A DNA stretch of 64,000 nt, from the NCBI GenBank assembly GCA_021613535.1, contig CP075494.1, forward strand, positions 11,532,001-11,596,000, written 5' to 3'. This document shows, piece by piece, positions 55,505 through 64,000 of the stretch; the stretch's first letter is position 1; each line of letters opens with the position of its first letter. A program made the translations under genes and the position numbers. This DNA comes from Adineta vaga. Taxonomy: Eukaryota > Animalia > Rotifera. The notes under the pieces were generated by a model. It saw only the letters and a list, made by a program, of their open reading frames with translations, did not search any database and had not been told where the DNA came from.

Positions 55505-57300
55505 AAGAAAGATTTATTCATATAATAGTATATTATTGTAATTGTTGCTTCTGCTTAACTCTCTTTTCATGTTCAAAATATATATCTTTGAACATATTAT
55601 TAGTTGTAAAAGAAGAAAGAACTATTTGTAGTATTAGAAACAATAGTGTGTGTGTGTGTGTATGTGTGTGACAATATCAATTATATAAACGAAACTCAAA
55701 TCCGGGTATAGTGCTATAAGAAAAGGGGAGTGTCATATATACGCTAAAAATGTCCTCTATTTAATGAAGGAAAAAAACATAGAATATGTGATGGTTCCTC
55801 TTCGTCTTAGACGGCTTTCACACTTCATTAGCTATCATTCTCTCTCTCCTTGTCACACTCTTATGTAGACAAAAAGGTAATGAGAAAAGAAAAAAGATAT
55901 TTCTCTTCATTGAATATCTAAAAGATACGATTTATATATGTACGTATAAATATATCCTTACCTATACATATAATTTATTCTGCATGATTGTTAGCTTTTT
56001 TCCGCTTTTTTTTCTCTTCGTTTTCTTTATACATCTGCATTTAATTGCAACAACTTTATTATTATTATTTCTAGTGTTTCTTTCTTTTTTTCTTGTCCCT
56101 TGGCGAGTAGTATTATTTGACATAAGGTTTCACTTCTCGTGTAAATAATCAATACTCATTGTCGTTACCTTATATGAATAGCAAACGAAGTATTAAAATG
56201 TACAGAATGTTATTTTTACATTATATGTTCTTGCCTTATAACGTAATATGTATATTTAATAAAAGTGTGCATTAGATGTGTGAAAAGTTTCTCTGTGTAT
56301 ATGTATGTATGTGTCTCTCTCTCTCTCTCCTACTCGCTTTTTCTTCGTTATTCGCTTCACTAGATTTGTTTCACATGATCGGCCTTATATTATGTAGAAA
56401 GAAGATCAATATAATAGTTCTAAATCGACTTTTTTTCTTCCTATTCCTATTAAATATATGGTGGACATAGGTAATTAGAGAGAACGAGATATAGAAGGAG
56501 AAAAAAAGATTGAAATCGTTTAACAAACATGCAAGGACAACTCTAAAGGCGTACATATCTACACGTTCGTATAAAACTTGGGATGATGATAATGATGATT
56601 CAATTTTACATATATATATATATGTTCTAGGTAGATATATGATCACTTCAGTTTTTCACCTCTGGTTATTGTTCTTGAACGTTAGCTCACATGTCTTATT
56701 CACATACACACGTATCGTCATTTTATTATGTCTCCTGTCATCACCTGGTGATTCTTGCTTAGTATTATAATATAAAGTGCAATGCCATTTCTTTCCTTAT
56801 TCTTCATCTCTTCTTCTTCGTCTTCTTTTTTTTATTCCTTTTTGGATGAATTAAGAGAGAACACATACACATATATATATAAGATTTTTTTTTCATTCTT
56901 TTTTTTTCTCTCTTTACACTCATAAAAGTGGTTCTCACATATTATAAATTATTCGTCCGAACAACCGAACAAATCTAATGATTTCAATTGAGAACTATAA
57001 GAAGAAAAGAAACAACAAGAGTAATAGTAAGAATTGTATTCAATATAAACGATATGCATGTCTCTCTTTGGCTTCGCATCGATGCAGATCAACATGACAC
57101 TTGAACACATCGATTAACATTGAAAAGAAGATTTTCTTGCTTGTTACTTTCTTTTCTCGTTTTCCTATTGTTCTCTGTCTTTTCACAACGAACATACAAT
57201 AAGCGATGTCGAGAAAAGAAAAAAAATCTTCGTAATAGAACACATTATTTTTAGAAAACACCTTCTTATTTCTTCATTCGACTGTTTTTAGATTATCTTA
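49400..57300. promoter_or_regulatory. ~8 kb non-coding region upstream of SoxD (probable cis-regulatory region or 5' UTR introns)
   Basis: No credible coding exons, rich in microsatellites, and far larger than any other intergenic gap in the window. Confidence 0.55.
55474..55500. repeat. (GA)n microsatellite
   Basis: About 13 AG/GA units. Confidence 0.9.
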
Positions 57301-57304
57301 CATA

Positions 57305-59565
57305 ATGTCACTTAAACGAAAGTGTGATTTCGATGAACTTGATTTATCTTTAATTCCATGTGCTGAAGACGAATCAACGACTAGAAAATATATAAAAACA
57401 GATGAAATTTTTAATAATAATTCTCCATCAAATAATGAACGTAAGTAATGATAAATTTGTTTTGTCGAAAGAAAATTATTATTCGAATAGATGAATCTGA
57501 TGAAAAACATTCAATATCTTCTCATTTATCTGTCTCGAATGAATCTCATTCAGAAGAAATCAAAGTAATACCACAACGAAACCGTCGAAAGAATACTTCT
57601 CAATCGAAATTATCACAAAATCCTTCTCATTCTTCTTCTGCTACATCATCATCATCGTCATCTTCAGTAACAGTACCCATGATTCTTAATTTAATCGATT
57701 CATTAGTAGATGAAAAACAATTCGATAATAATGATGAAAATCTTCTCGTTACTATTGATTGTCTCATCAGTAGTTTGAAACATTTACGTGAAAAAATTAA
57801 AACAATTAATCATGATGATACACATCCATTGAATTTATCAAAACCAAAAGTTAAACAAAATACACATGAAGAAATGAATTCAACAACAACATCAACGAAT
57901 ATTCCATTATCATCAACACTTTTTCCTTCTCAACCATTTTATCCACCATTTTCTGGTAAATCATTTCTTTGTTTTTCTTTTGATAGTAACCATCATTCTT
58001 AACATGTCGTTTTCAGTTGCTAATATGACTCATTTACAAAACTACTTAAAATTATCAGCTGCATCGGTTCTCAATGATTCAATTGTATGATGATTCATTT
58101 TTAATCATAACGATTCACTTATATTCTTCTCGTTTAGAATTTAAAAAATGGAGATACTCGAAATTCAAGACCTTCATTACCATCACCATTTCTTGCTGGT
58201 AGATACAGATTGAAAATCGTTTCTTGCAAGTTTCTTGTTCTTTTAGGTTTAAATATGTTTGCTTTTTCACCACCATCAAGTCATCTTACTCATCATTCAA
58301 TGAATGTAAAATCATCGGCAATTGAAACAATAAATGCAAATCATAATAGCACTAATCATCAACATCAACATCATCATCATCATCGTGAATCGTCTATTGA
58401 TAAAGAATCTTCATTAGGTAAGTCTTAATATCTATCAATGATTACAAAACAAAGAAATATATAAATCATTCAACCAAATCGTATTTAGTTATAATAAATT
58501 TAACAATAGAAAACATATATCCACGAAGACAAGTCATTAGCAATATCGATAGTCATTGTTTTATGATAATGAATAATCGATAGTTAGACAGATAGATAAA
58601 TAAACCTGATATTGACTTGTTTTTCTTTCAATAACATTAAAAAGAGAATATATGATTTTCTCTTAAATCAAAATAATATTTGACCTAATAGTTTATACAA
58701 ATGAGGTTAATTTTACTTTTATCAAAAAAAGAAGCGTTGAATTCAATGAAAATTGTTTGATAAGACACGTTATATTTAGTACTAAAAGTCAATTAAATGC
58801 TTATTAATAAAAGAAAAAACGACTAAATTTACCGAAACCATATATGTCAGATATCGATATGAACAAACAAAAAACATATGTACTTATAAAAATTCATCTG
58901 ATTTCAAATTTTTTCATATAGCTCGACAAATGTTAACAAATCGAAAAGAACGAAATCAATCAATCACATCGAATAATTTATCTCTATCATCATCATCATC
59001 GTCGTCTAATGGAAATCATGAAAGTTTATCATCAAATGATCATATTAAACGTCCAATGAATGCATTTATGGTTTGGGCACGAGAAGAACGACGAAAAATT
59101 TTAAAAGCTTGTCCTGATATGCATAATTCAAGTATTAGTAAAATCTTAGGTACTCGTTGGAAAGCAATGAGTAATGAAGAAAAACAACCGTATTATGAAG
59201 AACAATCACGTTTAAGTAAAGTTCATATGGAAAAATATCCCGATTATCGATATAGACCACGACCAAAACGAACGTGTGTGATTGATGGGAAGAAAATTCG
59301 TTGGTAAGAAAGTAATTACAATCGAACCATTTTTCATTTGTTTTTGTTTTTTTTTCGTTTTATTAGGTCAGAATATAAACAAATGCTAAAACAACAGAAA
59401 GTTGGTCCATTCGATGAACAGTCATCACCTGATGGAAGTCACTATTTAAGTAAGAAATTGTTTTCTTTATTAAAGATTTTTTTCTAATATTTCATTCTAG
59501 ATAACGATGAGTGTAGTTCAGATGGTAGTAATACTTCACAAAAAGATCTTATTTTTACTGATTAA
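57305..59565 (+). CDS. SoxD: SoxD-group HMG transcription factor (Sox5/6/13, Sox102F-like)
   Basis: HMG box [37 protein letters not shown]...[17 protein letters not shown]; PLNLS CtBP-binding motif; short coiled coil [15 protein letters not shown]. Confidence 0.95.
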
Positions 59566-60599
59566 TTCATCAATGTGATGTTATCGAGACAGAGGAAGTG
59601 CTTCAAACAGTATTCTCCCATGTCCGGTCAAGTGTATGTGACAGTTGTTTTTTTTTTAAAACATGTATAAAATAAATACAGTGAATCTCATTGGATGTAC
59701 AACAGCCTTGTTCTTTATTCAATGTATACAAGTTTCTTTTTTTTTGTATTTATGCGCATGGTTTTAATCCCGGTGCGCAATTTATCTCATTTCTTATCCT
59801 TCTTTTTTTTTCACTTTGTGTTTTATGTTCATTATTCATATTCTATTCTTTTTATGTTTATTATTCATACGTTGTGCCTTCTTTCTTCTCTTCTTTTTAT
59901 TAAAACATTTTTTTTGAACATTCTATAAAAGATAAAAATTAATGCAATAGACTGGAAGATAAAATAATTTAGAAGTCATTTCTAGAGTACGAAAAACTCT
60001 TGAAGTATAATGCGTTTATTATAAGAGTTTAATGAATTCCTTTTGGTATGACATTGAATCATCACGTCTGATGATCTTTTTTTATTTAGTAATGAAGAAA
60101 TAAACCGATATTGATTACATGTTTGTATCGAAGTAAAATATTAAAACTGACCTACATTAATTTTAGTAGAGCTTCATCTATACAGTTAGTGTTTGATAAC
60201 TTTTAAACCATATCGCGAGGTATAAATCGTTATATAGCGACTATCTAACAAATATACAAGGATAATTGTATATCTATAATTTCAAATCATGAGATTCTTT
60301 TGAAATAGTGTTCTTTAGAATATAAACATGTATCAAACAATAGAAGTACTACTGAAATGATATCGACAGCTTAGATACGAATTTAATTCGATAATGGTGA
60401 AACATTGAAACATATAGTGTTTATTTATCTATTTATGTATTTATGACGACAAATTCTTTTTTCAACAACTGTCGCCCTCTATTTACTAAATCACTAATAT
60501 TGATCCTTAGAAATCAAACAAAACCTGAATATTGATTTAAAACTATAAAATAAGTCAATACAATTACTTTAAATACATTTTCTCTATGTATACAGTTTA

Positions 60600-60613
60600 G
60601 TAACCATAGTAAT
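60600..60613. promoter_or_regulatory. RFX X-box-like motif upstream of FAM47-like/IFT88
   Basis: GTAACCATAGTAAT, 60 bp upstream of the FAM47 ATG. Confidence 0.5.
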
Positions 60614-60673
60614 CTTTGGAATGAATTAGTGTCATGAGATTTGATAGTTATATACCTAATATCATATCACGAT

Positions 60674-62860
60674 ATGTCAACTAAAAGTAATGCTAGCAAC
60701 GATCTTAAATATATCCTGTTACCTATAGTTGAAAATCGTCGTCGTGAACCAAAATTTCAACCATGGTATTTATTTCTTCTCTCTAGAGATCAATTGTTTT
60801 CCAAAAAAACATATCTTAACATAAAATCTTTAGGCCAATTAATAATTCCAAGTGAGAAACTATCATTCTCATTCGCTGCTTCCTATTCTTTTCCCTATGC
60901 TTATCCGTACTGCTCATGTTTCATCAAAACAAAAGAAGAAACGAAAACATTTGTTTGTTTTTTTCTTAGGTATCGGGAACGATTCAAAATGAAATATCCA
61001 TCTCATATGAATACTAAAAATTGGAAATTTGTTAAAGATGGTTTAGATGATTTTCGTGATGGTTTACCACCGCCACATGATGATATTATGTTAGAAGTAT
61101 GTATGATGAACTGATTGATCATCAATTATTTCTATCTTTTTCTTCTATTTAAATAGCCGGATAAAGGTCTAGGTCCAGTGATATTCTCTCAAAAACGTCG
61201 AGTAAAAGCATCTGTATCAAATGCTCGTCGTCGACTTGAAGATCATCAAATATTCTTTAGTCGTATGTTACCAACAGTAGAAAAACGTCGACAATTAATT
61301 GATTATTATATATCAACTTTACTTGATCATCCAATGGCCTTATTTCCACATTTTCATCAAGTACTATCACCGAATGTAAGTGATGCATATATTTTATTTA
61401 AAATAATAAAGAAATAACATTTGTTTATTTAGATGTATGAACAAATAACAAAATTATTAGAAGGTGAATTATCACGTATAATTGAAGAGGAAGAAGACTT
61501 TTTCGGAGATGAAAGTAAAGAATTTCTTTCATTATCGACAAGTTTTCCAAGAACTGGATTCGATCAAAGTAATACTGATAAAACAGGTTCAGAACATCTT
61601 GGCCCATCCAATGCTCAAGAAGTGCGTGAGGAAGTAGAAGTTAAAAAGAAACCAACACGACCAGGACTAAGTACGATTGTTTATGATGAATCAGGAAAAG
61701 CATGGGATTCCGAAGAATATGAAAAGAAACAAAACAATCCATACCGTTGGTTTATTGAAGAACAGAAGAGAATACAGAAATATAAAGGACCTACACGAGA
61801 AGAAATAGCCGTTTCTGCTATGGTAAATTTTCATTGATTCAAATTCTTCTCTTATTTCTATAGATTCATTTCTTGTAGGAAGCTCATCTTCGAAAAGTTG
61901 CTGAACATTTTTGTAATTGGTTGTATAGCCTTGGTGGTGAAACAAATTTTGACATCGATCCTTCTGTTGTTCGAAATTTATTTTCAACTGCTTATGATAC
62001 AAAACCATCATTAGATGTACCAATAAAAATAGTACAGATGACAAGAGTAAATTTCAATTGTTTTTTCTTTTCATGATTAACAATAGAACTCTTCTATGTT
62101 TTTCTTCCAAATGTAGCTTCCAGCCGATCTACGTGAAGGTACAAAGGAAACAATGATTGCTGAACCCGAGGAAAGAACACCAACATTGGCAAAATCGGTA
62201 TTTTTGCTCAGAGAATAAATAATAGAGAATCGATATATGAAAAGAAAACGATCTTTGTTAGAATTGATCTTTGCTCGAAGGACTTTATAGAATTAAGCTT
62301 CTCATCGATAAATCTACTTGATTCATGCACAGATGTAAAACTAATCTTATCAAACTTTTCTAGCGCGCATATCCCAAACTCTCAAAGTCCAATAGTTTGA
62401 CGGCTCAATCATTTGATTCAATACAATCTCGTAAATATCGTTTTGGTGCTTGGTATTTACCTACAAATCTTTGGCAACGATCATTAACAACCGAACACTT
62501 GCAAGATCCAAAAAAACTTAAAGCTGAACGCGAAGATAGCGCACGAATACGAGAAGAACAAACCGTAAAACATTCTTCTTCGAAAATATTCAATTAAATA
62601 TTTTCTTTAGAATGCGCATCTTGCTCCATTGCGTGGTGTTGATGCATTCAAAGATTATTTGGTCGATAGAAATATTCGCCGTTTACCAAAAGTAAATCTA
62701 ACATATTCATCTTTGAATTAGAGATTAGATCAGATCTTATTATTTTCTTTTTTGTTTTATTTTATAGTTAATTACCGATGTTGAACAGTATCGTCGTGAT
62801 CATCCTCCTGAACCTAGTAAACCAACGATTGGTGTTCGACGAAAAGCATCTTCCGATTGA
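60674..62860 (+). CDS. FAM47 family protein (FAM47E-like)
   Basis: QPWYRERFKMKY...WKFVKDGLDDFRDGLPP; LLDHPMALFPHF; FCNWLYSLGGE; LFSTAYDTKP; KYRFGAWYLPTNLW. Confidence 0.85.
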
Positions 62861-62946
62861 TATTTTTTTATAATTGATTTATTTTTCCTAATAATGATTT
62901 TGAGTTTGATACCTATATTTTTTCTAGATTTTATTTTCGTTTTATT

Positions 62947-64000
62947 ATGACAACTAAACCTGATTCATATACTGGCTTTAATGATTATAATCCTTTATTA
63001 GATTCAGAAGTAAGTACAGTCATAGTCAATAAGAATAAATAAACTTGTCTATTCGATTGCTTCTTCTCAGGGTTTAAAATATGATACTGATTTACAACAA
63101 GCCGTTTTAAAAACTAGTCATGGACGACGAGCACCACCGGTAGGTTCATGATTATTGATTAATAAATTGAATAATGACTACTGTTTTTGTTGTTGTTGTA
63201 GACCGGTCAGAAGGTAAACAACTTCCCATCAATTGATTTTTCTATAAAACTATTAAATTTTAGAGTGGTTTCTTTTCGAAAATGAAAAATGCATTTAGTC
63301 GACCAAAAAATGCAGATGTGCCTGTATCCGTCAATAATCCTACCGGTCGATTAGGTACTGCATCAAGAGCCGCTCAACAACAACAACAGCAGCAGCAGCA
63401 ACAAAGTGCTCAGATGAATGCACCATTTGGTTCAGCTGCTCGTCGTCCAACAACAGCACAAAAACGACCAACAACTGCTATTCAAGGTGCTGGTTTTATG
63501 GCTGGAGTTGGAGCATTTGGTAGTCATGTAGCAACAGCAGGACCGAATCAATTTGAAAAGAAGGAAGAAAGGTAATTGTAAAGTAATCGCTAGGATAAAT
63601 ATGAATGATATGATCATTTCAAAGCAATGAAGAGAAAGCACGTAAAATGGAGAAACAGATCATTGATCTTGTGGATGAAAGTTGTTTAGCTTATGAACAC
63701 AATGATAGTAAAACTGTAAGAAAACATTATCGATTGATTGTATCTTAGAGATAGATTGTTTTAGGCACTTGAAAAAGGTGAAGAAGCAATGCGAAATGAA
63801 AAAAGTCTTGGACGATATCGTGAAGAACAAAATATGAATGAATCAGATATAAATTTAACGGGATTTGTATATATCAATTACTTATTGTTGATATGTTTGA
63901 TCTGAACTTTGTTCTACATAGGTTATCCTACATTGTGCAAATATGTATACAAAATGTGGTATGAACACAGAAGCATTGAATCAATATAATGTTATTCTTA
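62947..64000 (+). CDS. IFT88: Intraflagellar transport protein 88 (5' part)
   Basis: SYTGFNDYNPLLDSE...LQQAVLKTSHGRRAPP; RPTTAIQGAGF; MEKQIIDLVDESC; ALEKGEEAMRNEK; TPR start EALNQYNVIL. Confidence 0.92.

Noticed and set aside
49400-57300. Short ORFs in this region, and Sox autoregulation via AACAAT sites
   Set aside because: The ORFs are microsatellite and low-complexity translations. The AACAAT/ATTGTT count looks close to expectation for ~70% AT DNA, so I do not claim enrichment.

Overview
AT-rich (roughly 30% GC by eye), gene-dense eukaryotic DNA from an animal, with many short (~45-70 bp) GT-AG introns. The style fits a bdelloid rotifer, but that is inference. I reconstructed 20 spliced or intronless genes by hand: a partial DTHD1-like gene; a cluster of three nicotinic acetylcholine receptor subunits (divergent non-alpha, beta1-like, alpha); a His-rich secreted orphan; PSMD14/Rpn11; a small single-pass membrane protein; Fezf; an HDNR/C3orf84-like ciliary protein; CNOT3; a divergent alpha-tubulin; a single-RRM CELF-like protein; PEX5; cytosolic TyrRS; a CD225/dispanin protein; a giant (~3,900 aa) transglutaminase-fold protein; an orphan; SoxD behind an ~8 kb non-coding region; FAM47-like; and IFT88 (partial). 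The most striking item is the transglutaminase-like gene. All three catalytic residues are replaced, and it ends in a 10 kb exon carrying a hierarchical 75/150/300-bp tandem array, 13 Trp-centred amphipathic helix repeats and AKAP-like helices, with a C-to-G strand-skew flip centred on the array. Other highlights: an nAChR subunit with alpha5/beta3-like accessory-subunit pore residues and no loop-B Trp; a likely FAM47-IFT88 ciliary operon; an alpha-tubulin with an expanded K40 loop containing a skippable microexon; and a PEX5 reduced to one WxxxF motif with no PEX7-binding segment. Exon boundaries are manual predictions, and family calls come from remembered motifs, not database searches. No rRNA, tRNA, CRISPR array or recognisable transposon was seen.
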